Below the pieces are notes generated by a model that was not told where the DNA came from, made no database searches, and was given only the letters and a program-made list of their open reading frames with translations. This document shows, one piece after another, positions 26,258 through 36,447 of a DNA stretch of 64,000 nucleotides (its first letter is position 1; every line of letters begins with the position of its first letter). The stretch is from assembly GCF_050320075.1 (NCBI RefSeq), contig NZ_CP190018.1; one strand, 5' to 3'. The DNA comes from Escherichia coli (GTDB lineage Bacteria; Pseudomonadota; Gammaproteobacteria; Enterobacterales; Enterobacteriaceae). Made by a program: the position numbers and the translations under genes.

Positions 26258-28697
26258 CAATGTAAAATTACAGGTATTGCTCAGGGCTGTTGACCAGGCA
26301 TCCCGCCCGTTTAAATCCATCCGCACAGCGAGCAAGTCGCTGTCGGGGGATATCCGGGAAACACAAAAATCACTGCGCGAGCTGAACGGTCAGGCATCCC
26401 GTATTGAGGGATTCCGCAAGACCAGTGCACAGCTCGCCGTGACTGGTCATGCACTTGAAAAGGCTCGGCAGGAAGCAGAAGCCCTTGCCACACAGTTTAA
26501 AAACACCGAACGTCCGACCCGTGCTCAGGCGAAAGTGCTGGAATCCGCAAAGCGTGCGGCGGAGGACTTACAGGCGAAATATAACCGCCTGACGGATTCC
26601 GTTAAACGCCAGCAGCGGGAACTGGCCGCTGTGGGAATTAATACCCGCAATCTTGCACATGATGAGCAGGGACTGAAAAACCGTATCAGTGAAACCACCG
26701 CACAGCTTAACCGTCAGCGCGACGCGCTGGCGCGTGTCAGTGCGCAACAGGCAAAACTTAACGCAGTCAAACAGCGTTATCAGGCCGGAAAGGAGCTGGC
26801 CGGAAATATGGCCTCGGTGGGCGCTGCCGGTGTGGGGATTGCGGCGGCGGGAACGATGGCCGGAGTTAAGTTGCTGATGCCCGGTTATGAGTTTGCGCAG
26901 AAAAACTCAGAATTGCAGGCCGTGCTCGGAGTGGCAAAAGACTCCGCCGAAATGACCGCACTACGCAAACAGGCGCGCCAGCTCGGCGACAATACCGCCG
27001 CTTCGGCGGATGATGCGGCCGGTGCACAGATAATCATCGCGAAAGCGGGTGGGGATGTTGATGCCATTCAGGCGGCAACGCCGGTCACGCTGAATATGGC
27101 GCTGGCGAACCGCCGCACGATGGAAGAAAACGCCGCCCTGCTGATGGGGATGAAATCCGCCTTTCAGCTTTCAAACGATAAGGTCGCTCATATCGGGGAT
27201 GTTCTCTCCATGACGATGAACAAAACCGCCGCCGATTTTGACGGCATGAGCGATGCGCTGACCTATGCCGCACCTGTGGCAAAAAATGCCGGTGTCAGCA
27301 TTGAAGAAACCGCCGCAATGGTCGGGGCGCTGCATGATGCAAAAATCACAGGCTCAATGGCGGGGACGGGAAGCCGTGCCGTGTTAAGCCGCCTGCAGGC
27401 ACCGACGGGAAAAGCATGGGATGCACTCAAAGAGCTTGGAGTGAAAACCTCAGACAGCAAGGGAAACACCCGGCCAATATTTACCATTCTGAAAGAAATG
27501 CAGGCCAGTTTTGAGAAAAACCGGCTCGGTACTGCCCAGCAGGCTGAATACATGAAAACTATTTTCGGGGAGGAGGCCAGCTCAGCCGCCGCCGTGCTGA
27601 TGACTGCCGCCTCAACCGGAAAGCTGGACAAACTGACCGCTGCGTTTAAAGCCTCAGACGGGAAGACCGCCGAGCTGGTAAATATCATGCAGGACAACCT
27701 CGGCGGTGACTTTAAAGAGTTTCAGTCCGCTTATGAGGCGGTGGGGACAGACCTGTTTGACCAGCAGGAAGGCGCACTGCGTAAGCTCACACAGACGGCC
27801 ACAAAGTATGTGTTAAAACTCGACGGCTGGATCCAGAAAAACAAATCACTGGCGTCAACCATTGGCATCATTGCCGGTGGCGCGCTGGCGCTTATTGGCA
27901 TCATCGGTGCAATTGGTCTTGTAGCCTGGCCGGTTATCACCGGCATCAATGCCATCATCGCGGCAGCAGGCGCAATGGGTGCAATCTTCACGACGGTTGG
28001 CAGTGCCGTTATGACTGCTATCGGGGTGATTAGCTGGCCGGTTGTGGCCGTGGTGGCTGCCATTGTCGCCGGGGCGTTGCTTATCCGTAAATACTGGGAG
28101 CCTGTCAGCGCATTCTTTGGCGGTGTGGTTGAAGGGCTGAAAGTGGCATTTGCGCCAGTGGGGGAACTGTTCACGCCACTTAAGCCGGTGTTTGACTGGC
28201 TGGGCGAAAAGTTACAGGCCGCGTGGCAGTGGTTTAAAAACCTGATTGCCCCGGTCAAAGCCACCCAGGACACCCTGAACCGTTGCCGTGATACGGGCGT
28301 CATGTTCGGGCAGGCACTGGCTGACGCGCTGATGCTGCCGCTTAATGCGTTCAACAAACTGCGCAGCGGTATTGACTGGGTACTGGAAAAACTCGGTGTT
28401 ATCAACAAAGAGTCAGACACACTTGACCAGACCGCCGCCAGAACTCAAGCCGCCACGTATGGCAGCGGTGGTTATATTCCGGCGACCAGCTCTTATGCAG
28501 GCTATCAGGCTTATCAGCCGGTCACGGCACCGGCTGGCCGCTCTTATGTGGACCAGAGTAAAAACGAATATCACATCAGCCTGACGGGTGGTACTGCACC
28601 GGGGACACAGCTTGACCGCCAGTTACAGGATGCGCTCGAAAAATACGAGCGGGATAAACGTGCGCGTGCCCGTGCCAGCATGATGCATGACGGTTAA
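26250..28697 (+). CDS. T: Tail tape measure protein (P2 gpT-like)
   Basis: 815 aa, Ala/Gly-rich helical and TM segments, position after E/E'. Confidence 0.9.
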   Translation: MSNNVKLQVLLRAVDQASRPFKSIRTASKSLSGDIRETQKSLRELNGQASRIEGFRKTSAQLAVTGHALEKARQEAEALATQFKNTERPTRAQAKVLESAKRAAEDLQAKYNRLTDSVKRQQRELAAVGINTRNLAHDEQGLKNRISETTAQLNRQRDALARVSAQQAKLNAVKQRYQAGKELAGNMASVGAAGVGIAAAGTMAGVKLLMPGYEFAQKNSELQAVLGVAKDSAEMTALRKQARQLGDNTAASADDAAGAQIIIAKAGGDVDAIQAATPVTLNMALANRRTMEENAALLMGMKSAFQLSNDKVAHIGDVLSMTMNKTAADFDGMSDALTYAAPVAKNAGVSIEETAAMVGALHDAKITGSMAGTGSRAVLSRLQAPTGKAWDALKELGVKTSDSKGNTRPIFTILKEMQASFEKNRLGTAQQAEYMKTIFGEEASSAAAVLMTAASTGKLDKLTAAFKASDGKTAELVNIMQDNLGGDFKEFQSAYEAVGTDLFDQQEGALRKLTQTATKYVLKLDGWIQKNKSLASTIGIIAGGALALIGIIGAIGLVAWPVITGINAIIAAAGAMGAIFTTVGSAVMTAIGVISWPVVAVVAAIVAGALLIRKYWEPVSAFFGGVVEGLKVAFAPVGELFTPLKPVFDWLGEKLQAAWQWFKNLIAPVKATQDTLNRCRDTGVMFGQALADALMLPLNAFNKLRSGIDWVLEKLGVINKESDTLDQTAARTQAATYGSGGYIPATSSYAGYQAYQPVTAPAGRSYVDQSKNEYHISLTGGTAPGTQLDRQLQDALEKYERDKRARARASMMHDG

Positions 28698-28711
28698 GGA
28701 GGTGACGAAAA

Positions 28712-29191
28712 ATGATGCTCGCGTTAGGTATGTTTGTTTTTATGCGCCAGACGCTGCCACACCAGATCATGCAGCGTGAATCAGATTATCGCTGGCCGTC
28801 AAATTCCCGTATCGGTAAACGGGATGCCTACCAGTTTCTCGGCGTTGGCGAGGAAAACATGACGCTGGCCGGTGTGCTTTATCCCGAACTGACCGGCGGC
28901 AAGCTGACGATGACCACGCTCAGGCTGATGGCAGATGAAGGCCGGGCGTGGCCGTTGCTGGATGGCACCGGCATGATTTACGGCATGTATGTCATCAGCA
29001 AGGTGAGTGAAACAGGGAGTATTTTCTTTGCAGACGGCACACCACGGAAAATTGATTTTACGCTGTCGCTCACCCGCGTTGATGAGTCACTGGCCGCGCT
29101 TTATGGCGATATCGGTAAACAGGCGGAATCGCTCATCGGTAAGGCTGGCAGTATGGCGACTAAATTCACGGGTATGACGGGGGCGGGATAA
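28712..29191 (+). CDS. U: Tail protein (P2 gpU-like)
   Basis: 159 aa, size and position. Confidence 0.85.
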   Translation: MMLALGMFVFMRQTLPHQIMQRESDYRWPSNSRIGKRDAYQFLGVGEENMTLAGVLYPELTGGKLTMTTLRLMADEGRAWPLLDGTGMIYGMYVISKVSETGSIFFADGTPRKIDFTLSLTRVDESLAALYGDIGKQAESLIGKAGSMATKFTGMTGAG

Positions 29192-30354
29192 TGCTGGATG
29201 CGCTGACATTTGATGCAGGCAGTACGCTGACGCCGGATTACATGCTGATGCTCGACAGCAGGGATATTACCGGCAATATCAGCGACCGTCTGATGAGCAT
29301 GACCCTGACGGATAACCGGGGCTTTGAGGCTGACCAGCTTGATATTGAACTGAACGATGCCGACGGGCAGGTCGAGCTACCGATTCGTGGCGCTGTCCTG
29401 ACGGTGTATATCGGCTGGAAAGGTTTTGCCCTGGTATGCAAAGGGAAATTTACCGTTGATGAGGTTGAACACCGGGGCGCGCCGGATGTGGTTACCATCC
29501 GCGCCCGGAGTGCAGATTTTCGCGGGACGCTCAATTCCCGCCGTGAAGGCTCCTGGCATGACACCACGCTCGGTGCGATTGTTGAGGCGATAGCCTCCCG
29601 TAACAAGCTGGAAGCCAGTATCGCTCCGTCACTGGCCGGAATTAAAATCCCGCACATCGACCAGTCGCAGGAGTCCGATGCGAAATTCCTGACCCGTCTT
29701 GCAGAACGCAACGGCGGTGAGGTGTCGGTAAAAATGGGAAAACTGCTGTTTCTCAAAGCGGGGCAGGGGGTGACGGCCAGCGGTAAAAAAATCCCGCAGA
29801 TTACCATCACCCGCAGCGATGGCGACCGTCACCATTTTGCGATTGCTGACCGTGGAGCCTACACCGGTGTAACGGCAAAGTGGTTACACACCAAAGACCC
29901 GAAGCCTCAAAAGCAGAAGGTAAAACTGAAACGCAAAAAGAAAGAAAAACACCTGCGCGCACTGGAGCACCCGAAAGCGAAACCGGTCACGCAGAAGAAA
30001 GCGCCAAAAGTACCGGAAGCGCGCGAAGGTGAATACATGGCCGGTGAAGCTGACAACGTTTTTGCCCTGACTACGGTATATGCCACAAAAGCGCAGGCCA
30101 TGCGCGCCGCTCAGGCAAAGTGGGACAAACTGCAACGGGGCGTCGCGGAGTTCTCCATCAGCCTGGCTACCGGTCGGGCAGATATTTACACGGAAACACC
30201 GGTTAAAGTGTCAGGCTTTAAGCGCGTCATAGACGAGCAGGACTGGACAATCACTAAGGTGACACATTTTCTGAATAATAGCGGCTTCACGACGTCCTTA
30301 GAGCTTGAGGTCAGGCTTTCTGATGTGGAGTACGAAACAGAAGATGATGAGTGA
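29191..30354 (+). CDS. D: Tail protein (P2 gpD-like)
   Basis: 387 aa, size and position. Confidence 0.85.
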   Translation: MLDALTFDAGSTLTPDYMLMLDSRDITGNISDRLMSMTLTDNRGFEADQLDIELNDADGQVELPIRGAVLTVYIGWKGFALVCKGKFTVDEVEHRGAPDVVTIRARSADFRGTLNSRREGSWHDTTLGAIVEAIASRNKLEASIAPSLAGIKIPHIDQSQESDAKFLTRLAERNGGEVSVKMGKLLFLKAGQGVTASGKKIPQITITRSDGDRHHFAIADRGAYTGVTAKWLHTKDPKPQKQKVKLKRKKKEKHLRALEHPKAKPVTQKKAPKVPEAREGEYMAGEADNVFALTTVYATKAQAMRAAQAKWDKLQRGVAEFSISLATGRADIYTETPVKVSGFKRVIDEQDWTITKVTHFLNNSGFTTSLELEVRLSDVEYETEDDE

Positions 30355-30435
30355 TGTTTATTATTTATCTGTTTGTTTTATAAGGATAAATTAACTAAAA
30401 TGGCACCATCAACAAAACCGGAAGAGGTGCTCGCG

Positions 30436-30654
30436 ATGTTTCATTGTCCTTTATGCCAGCATGCCGCACATGCGCGTACAAGTCGCTATATCACTGACAC
30501 GACAAAAGAGCGTTATCACCAGTGCCAGAACGTGAATTGCAGCGCCACGTTCATCACTTATGAGTCGGTACAGCGATACATCGTTAAGCCGGGAGAAGTC
30601 CACGCCGTAAGGCCGCACCCGTTGCCGTCAGGGCAGCAAATTATGTGGATGTAA
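30436..30654 (+). CDS. ogr: Late gene transcriptional activator Ogr (zinc-finger, Cys4)
   Basis: 72 aa MFHCPLCQHAAHARTSRYITDTTKERYHQCQNVNCSATF... with C-x2-C...C-x4-C motif; GAGG RBS; track ORF extended upstream. Confidence 0.85.
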   Translation: MFHCPLCQHAAHARTSRYITDTTKERYHQCQNVNCSATFITYESVQRYIVKPGEVHAVRPHPLPSGQQIMWM

Positions 30655-30664
30655 TTACAAACAG

Positions 30665-30691
30665 AAAGCCCCTCAGTCGAGGGGCTTTTTT
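30665..30691 (+). terminator. Rho-independent terminator after ogr
   Basis: aaagcccctc-agtc-gaggggcttt followed by TTTT. Confidence 0.7.
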
Positions 30692-30754
30692 GTCGATGTG
30701 GTCAATGTGTGGACGTGACCAGAAATAAATCCTTTTATTTCATCGTATTACGCG

Positions 30755-30842
30755 TAAAAAATAAGCCCGTGTAAGGGAGATTACACAGGCTAAGGAGGTG
30801 GTTCCTGGTACAGCTAGCATTTTATGGGTTATGTTTTTCAGC
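30755..30842 (-). ncRNA. cyaR: CyaR (RyeE) Hfq-dependent sRNA
   Basis: Reverse complement reads GCTGAAAAACATAACCCATAAAATGCTAGCTGTACCAGGAACCACCTCCTTAGCCTGTGTAATCTCCCTTACACGGGCTTATTTTTT, which matches my memory of E. coli CyaR; sits between yegQ and the ogr-type gene as in K-12. Confidence 0.7.
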
Positions 30843-30926
30843 GAAACGGATGATAACCTTAATAAATGCAGCTGTATGTGATCGGTTTCTAAGAATTTTC
30901 CATCCGGGAAAAATAATCGAAATTAA

Positions 30927-32288
30927 TCACTTACCGTGTGGGTTACGCGTGGTTTCCCCGGAGAAATTACGCATCAGCAGAGCGTAATTGAGCTCAAGAT
31001 CCTGCGGGACCGGGAGCCACACAGTATAACCATCGCCTGGTGCGACCGGCATCGCTTCACCTATGGCGTTTTCCATGTGCTCAAGGGTAAAGTTAATGTT
31101 GCCTTGCGGCGTCATCAGCTCAAGGCTGTCGCCAACGGAGAATTTATTTTTCACCGCTACCGCCGCGAGGTCCCCCTTGCGCTCACCGGTAAACTCACCA
31201 ACAAACTGCTGGCGGTCAGAAACTGAATAACCGTATTCGTAGTTCTGATAATCGTCGTGAGTATGACGACGCAGGAAACCTTCGGTATAGCCACGATGCG
31301 CCAGACCTTCCAGAGTTTCCAGCAGGCTGGTATCGAACGGTTTGCCCGCAGCGGCGTCATCGATAGCTTTACGGTAAACCTGTGCGGTGCGTGCGCAATA
31401 GTAGAAAGATTTAGTACGGCCTTCGATTTTCAGCGAATGCACGCCCATTTTGGTCAGGCGTTCTACATGGGCGATGGCGCGCAGATCTTTCGAGTTCATG
31501 ATGTAAGTGCCGTGCTCATCTTCAAACGCGGTCATATACTCGCCCGGACGCTGGGCTTCTTCGATCATAAACACTTTGTCGGTTGGCGCGCCGATACCCA
31601 GCGTCGGCTCAACATTTTGCACCGGAATCGGCTCGTACTTGTGTACGATGTTGCCAACGTCATCTTCTTTCCCTTCCTGGACGTTGTACTCCCAGCGGCA
31701 GGCGTTGGTGCAGGTACCCTGGTTCGGATCGCGCTTGTTGATATAGCCAGAGAGCAGGCAGCGACCGGAGTAGGCCATGCACAGTGCGCCGTGAACGAAG
31801 ATCTCGATCTCCATATCCGGCACCTGATTGCGGATCTCTTCAATCTCTTCCAGCGACAGCTCGCGAGAGAGGATCACGCGGGTCAGGCCCATTTGCTGCC
31901 AGAATTTCACCGTCGCCCAGTTTACGGCGTTAGCCTGCACCGAGAGGTGGATCGGCATTTCAGGGAAGTGCTCACGCACCAGCATAATCAGCCCTGGATC
32001 GGACATAATCAGCGCATCCGGCCCCATTTCCACCACCGGTTTCAGGTCACGGATAAAGGTTTTCAGCTTGGCGTTGTGCGGTGCAATGTTGACCACGACA
32101 TAAAACTTTTTCCCCAGCGCGTGGGCTTCATTGATGCCGAGCTGAAGATTTTCGTGGTTGAATTCGTTGTTGCGCACACGCAGGGAGTAACGCGGCTGGC
32201 CCGCATAAACAGCATCTGCGCCATAAGCGAAAGCGTAACGCATATTTTTCAGCGTTCCCGCCGGGGAAAGGAGTTCCGGTTTAAACAT
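30927..32288 (-). CDS. yegQ: Peptidase U32-family protein YegQ
   Basis: 453 aa, K-12 synteny downstream of baeR-yegP. Confidence 0.9.
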   Translation of the reverse strand: MFKPELLSPAGTLKNMRYAFAYGADAVYAGQPRYSLRVRNNEFNHENLQLGINEAHALGKKFYVVVNIAPHNAKLKTFIRDLKPVVEMGPDALIMSDPGLIMLVREHFPEMPIHLSVQANAVNWATVKFWQQMGLTRVILSRELSLEEIEEIRNQVPDMEIEIFVHGALCMAYSGRCLLSGYINKRDPNQGTCTNACRWEYNVQEGKEDDVGNIVHKYEPIPVQNVEPTLGIGAPTDKVFMIEEAQRPGEYMTAFEDEHGTYIMNSKDLRAIAHVERLTKMGVHSLKIEGRTKSFYYCARTAQVYRKAIDDAAAGKPFDTSLLETLEGLAHRGYTEGFLRRHTHDDYQNYEYGYSVSDRQQFVGEFTGERKGDLAAVAVKNKFSVGDSLELMTPQGNINFTLEHMENAIGEAMPVAPGDGYTVWLPVPQDLELNYALLMRNFSGETTRNPHGK

Positions 32289-32434
32289 AATTCTCTCGTT
32301 CTGATGACAGGTCAGATCCGCTTCACCTGATGAAGCGGTTAGGGGAGTGCCCCCACTTTAAGGGCGGGCATTGTAGCGCTGTGGGGGGATCTGGTAAAGC
32401 GCCGGACGCCAACAACCCACGCCCGGCATCGTAA

Positions 32435-32767
32435 TTACGTATTGTCTTTCACCGTCTGGCTTGTGCCATTGGCTTTAACGGAGGCAATTCCGGTTTCACG
32501 AGATTGCGCGGTGGCGTACATCTGGCTGGAGCCGATAATTTGATGATTAGCGGCTTTCAGATTGAAATAGAATTTGCCGTTACTTGCCGTTTTTTTCTCA
32601 TAGCGTTCTTCTTGCGGGCTGTTGCTACGCACCGACGCGATGCCCTTTTCCGCAGAGGCTTTTGAGGTATAAAGCTCGCTGGTGAGGATAGTCTCACCAT
32701 TGCCCGCTTTTAGCACAAACCGGAACTGATTATCACTGCTCTTACTGAGTTCAAACCAACCAGCCAT
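32435..32767 (-). CDS. yegP: DUF1508/UPF0339 family protein YegP
   Basis: 110 aa from MAGWFELSK...; internal duplicated motif; synteny. Confidence 0.85.
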   Translation of the reverse strand: MAGWFELSKSSDNQFRFVLKAGNGETILTSELYTSKASAEKGIASVRSNSPQEERYEKKTASNGKFYFNLKAANHQIIGSSQMYATAQSRETGIASVKANGTSQTVKDNT

Positions 32768-32912
32768 AATGACTCCTTGATTGAAATTGTGTATCGAAAA
32801 CAGCATCTAAAGGTGCTGTTTACCGATTAAAGTATGAGCGATTTTCTGATGCCTGCCAGGGCGGAGAGATAATGTCAGTTTGCTGACCATGCGTGGGATA
32901 ATGTTGCTAAAA

Positions 32913-33635
32913 CTAAACGATGCGGCAGGCGTCGGCTTCCCAGCGGTAACCGACGCCATAAACGGCGCGGATAAATGACTGTTCGGCGTCGAGAGATTCC
33001 AGCTTGCGGCGCAGGTTTTTAATGTGGCTGTCGATGGTGCGGTCGGTTACTACGCGGTAGTCGTCATAAAGATGATTGAGCAATTGCTCGCGGGAGAACA
33101 CTTTTCCTGGTTCGTGAGAGAGCGTTTTCAGCAGACGAAATTCCGCAGGCGTCAGGTCAAGCATTTTACCGCGCCATGAAGCCTGAAAACGACCTTCGTC
33201 GATAATCAACGGGCTTTCAGCATCCTGTTGCTGCAACTCGCGCTGCGGTTTGCAACGGCGCAAAATGGTTTTGACGCGCGCTACCACTTCCCGTGGGCTG
33301 TACGGCTTACAGATATAATCATCTGCGCCAATCTCCAGCCCCAGCAGGCGATCGATCTCTTCGATTTTTGCCGTCACCATCACGATCGGAATGTCAGAAA
33401 AACGACGAATTTCCCGGCACAGCGTCAGGCCATCGGTGCCAGGGAGCATCAGATCTAACAGGATCAGATCCGGTGGTGTCTGGCGCACATACGGCAGTAC
33501 CTGATCGCCGTGGCTGATAAGCGTCGGCGCATAGCTCGCAGCACGCAGATAATCAATGAGCAACTGCCCCAGCTTCGGTTCATCTTCCACGATCAAAATA
33601 CGCGGTGTGTTTTCGTCGATTGGTAACTCGGTCAT
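32913..33635 (-). CDS. baeR: Response regulator BaeR (OmpR family)
   Basis: 240 aa, receiver plus winged-helix domains; downstream of baeS. Confidence 0.9.
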
Positions 33636-35035
33636 ACTTCTCTCTGTAAATCCCGTTCCAGCGGTAACTCTACTGTAATGCTTACCCCGCCAAAAGGCGA
33701 ATGGGCAGCAATAATGCGACCATTATGTGCTTCAACAATGTTCAGGCAAATCGCCAGCCCCAGCCCGGAACCGCCGCTGGCACGGTTGCGGGAACCTTCG
33801 GTGCGATAAAAACGTTCAAACAATTTTTGTAGCTGATCGTCACTGACACCTGGCGCACTGTCGGCAAAGGTCAGGCGCACCGTTTTGTCGCGCTGCCCGG
33901 CAGAGATTTGCAGGCTGCCGCCGCTGTCAGTGTAGCGCAGGCTGTTTTCCAGTAAGTTATTGAATAACTGCATTAAACGGTCGCGATCGCCAAATACGGT
34001 AATACTGTCTGGCAGGGAAAATTGCAGTTTCAGGCCACGACTGGCGAATCGTTCGCGAAATGCGCCGCCCGCCACTTCCAGCAGTGGGATCAAATCTACC
34101 GGTGCTTTTTGATAGGCGAGAGCGCCTTCATCAGACATCGACAACTGATGGAGATCGTCAACCAGTTTGGTCAGTGTACCGACCTCCGCCTGTAAAGACG
34201 CCACCGTCTCCGGCGTGAATTTACGCACGCCATCCTGAATGGCTTCCAGTTCACCGCGCAGCACCGCTAATGGCGTACGCAGTTCGTGAGAAATATCGGC
34301 CATAAAATCGCGCCGCATTTGCTGGTTTTTCTCCAGTGTGCTGGCAAGCTGGTTGAAGTCTTGCGCCAGTTTGCCCAGTTCATCTTCACTGGTGGGCGTT
34401 ACGCGGGTAGTGAAATCGCCCGCCGCCAGTTTGTGCGTGCCATCGACAAGTCGTTTTACCGGTGCCAGTAAACCGCGCGCCAGCAGAAAAGTGGCAAGTG
34501 CCGCGAGTAACGTTGCCAGGGCGACAATCAACCAGCTGGTTTGCCGCTGTTGTTTATCGAAATTGATATCAGTATTGCGCGTTAACCGCTCAACGGGGGA
34601 GGCGATCACCGCGCCAACTTCCGCACCGTTGACCAGAATGGGTCGCCGTGTACCGTCAGGTGGAATCGGCGCTCGCGGACCAACCAGCACTTTGTTGTTT
34701 TGATCAACCACCCAGAACTGGGTACGCCAGCCGTGCGGTGGCATACCCGGGCCGGGTTTATCTTCCGAATTATCGTGTTCAAATGAACGCAGGATCTGAA
34801 AGACAAAGCGATCATTGTTGCGCAGGAAGCGCCAGTTGCCATGCTGCGCATACTGCTCGCCAAGCGCATCACTTAACAGTTGTAATCGCTGTTCATTACC
34901 ATGCTTGATGTAATCAATAAAGCCACGCTCAAAACTGATACGCACCGCCCAGTGCATACTGATCAGCAAGACAATGCAGGTGGCGAAAATCGCCAGAAAC
35001 AGTTTGCCGGTAATACCGGGTCGCCAGAACTTCAT
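33632..35035 (-). CDS. baeS: Sensor histidine kinase BaeS
   Basis: 467 aa, HAMP/HisKA/HATPase motifs, synteny. Confidence 0.9.
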
Positions 35036-36447
35036 TGCGCGCTCCTTTTTCGCCGCGAAATAGCTACATTTTGATGCGTATCGTTCGGCACTCTGGCAAA
35101 GATGAACGCCGGAAGGGCGATGATCAACGCCATGCTAAGCCAGGTGTACATAAAGACGGTTTGTGTGGTGCCGCTGTCGACGCTGACATGCTGTGAACCA
35201 AAAAGTCCCAGCAACAGCCCGGCGATAGTGACGCCGATACTCATCGACAATTGCATAATCATCGACAGCAGGCTGTTGCCGCTGCTCGCCAGATTGTCCG
35301 GGAGATCTTTCAGCGTCAGGGTGTTCATGGAGGAGAAACGCGTCGAGTTGACCATCCCTTGTAAAAACAGGACGAACGGCAAAACGTAGTACCAGCCCAG
35401 CAGGGCGGTAGTCATAAACAACAGGGTGACCAGCGACAGACCCAGCGTGGTCGCTACCAGTACCCGACGATAACCAAAGCGATTCACCACCTGTACCACA
35501 ATTCGCTTCATTCCCATGCTGCCAAGCACCATCGGGATCATCATCAGTCCGGCATGAAACGGCGAGAAACCGAGGCCAATTTGCAGGAAAACCGGTGTCA
35601 TAAAGGGCAACATGCCACTGCCAATACGTCCGGCAAAGCTCCCCGCCAGGCCCAGCGAAAAGGTACGAGTACGGAACAGTTTCAGACTGAACAGGGCACG
35701 GTTGTTATTTCTGGCGTGCAGCAGATAAAGCACCAGTGCCACCACGCCAACTGCGACCAGGCCTGCAATCGTCAGCGGCGATAAACCTGTACCTTTACTG
35801 CCGTCCAGCGCCAGGGTTAATACCGCCATGCCAACCGCCAGCAATAAAAATCCGGAGAGATCAAAGCGCCGCGTCTGCATGGTGTAGTTTGGCATTAACA
35901 GCAATGTGGCGATCGCACCGATAATCCCCACCGGAATGTTGATCAAAAAGATCCAGTGCCACGATGCGTACTCCACCAGCAGACCGCCGAGCGCCGGACC
36001 GAGCAGCGGACCGACCTGACCGGGTAACGTGACAAAGGTCATCGCCGCCATATATTGCTCGCGCGGTACGATTTTCATCACCGTCAATCTGCCGACCGGC
36101 ACCATCATCGCGCCGCCAACGCCCTGTAACGCGCGTGCCAGCAACAGTTCGTTCAGCGTGCCGGAAAGCGCGCAAAACAGTGAACCGAGAGTAAACAGCA
36201 CGATGGCGGTAAAGAAAATATTGCGCACGCCGACTTTGTCCGCCAGCCAGCCGCTGGCGGGCAGCATCACCGCCACGGTCAGCACATAAGAGACAATGAC
36301 CATGTGCATATGCAACGGACTTTCCCCGAGGCTTTGCGCCATTGAGGGAAGGGCGGTGTTTACGATGGTGGTGTCCAGCGACTGCATAAAGAAGCCGAAA
36401 GCCACAATCCACAATTGCCAACGGGTGCTGTCGGGAAGATCTGTCAT
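35032..36447 (-). CDS. mdtD: MFS transporter MdtD
   Basis: 471 aa polytopic membrane protein, synteny. Confidence 0.9.
   Translation of the reverse strand: MTDLPDSTRWQLWIVAFGFFMQSLDTTIVNTALPSMAQSLGESPLHMHMVIVSYVLTVAVMLPASGWLADKVGVRNIFFTAIVLFTLGSLFCALSGTLNELLLARALQGVGGAMMVPVGRLTVMKIVPREQYMAAMTFVTLPGQVGPLLGPALGGLLVEYASWHWIFLINIPVGIIGAIATLLLMPNYTMQTRRFDLSGFLLLAVGMAVLTLALDGSKGTGLSPLTIAGLVAVGVVALVLYLLHARNNNRALFSLKLFRTRTFSLGLAGSFAGRIGSGMLPFMTPVFLQIGLGFSPFHAGLMMIPMVLGSMGMKRIVVQVVNRFGYRRVLVATTLGLSLVTLLFMTTALLGWYYVLPFVLFLQGMVNSTRFSSMNTLTLKDLPDNLASSGNSLLSMIMQLSMSIGVTIAGLLLGLFGSQHVSVDSGTTQTVFMYTWLSMALIIALPAFIFARVPNDTHQNVAISRRKRSAQ

Larger units (their letters stand above)
1..30700. mobile_element. P2-like (Peduovirus-type) prophage, partial in window: gene A through ogr; left arm (int, C, cox, B) and attL lie upstream of the window
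   Basis: Complete P2 gene order A-[cargo]-cos-Q/P-O-N-M-L-X-lysis-R-S-V-W-J-I-H-G-[cargo]-FI-FII-E/E'-T-U-D-ogr; protein lengths match P2 almost one for one; 19-nt P2 cos sequence present; host genes begin right after ogr. Confidence 0.9.

Noticed and set aside
31257-32330. 357-aa ORF on the + strand antisense to yegQ, with similar long antisense ORFs inside mdtB/mdtC (e.g. 36296-36907), tape-measure gene T (27731-28420), H (20088-20708) and J/I (18224-18952, 18756-19466)
   Set aside because: Each lies entirely within a well-supported conserved gene on the opposite strand, lacks an RBS, and has the biased composition typical of GC-rich antisense frames; treated as spurious.
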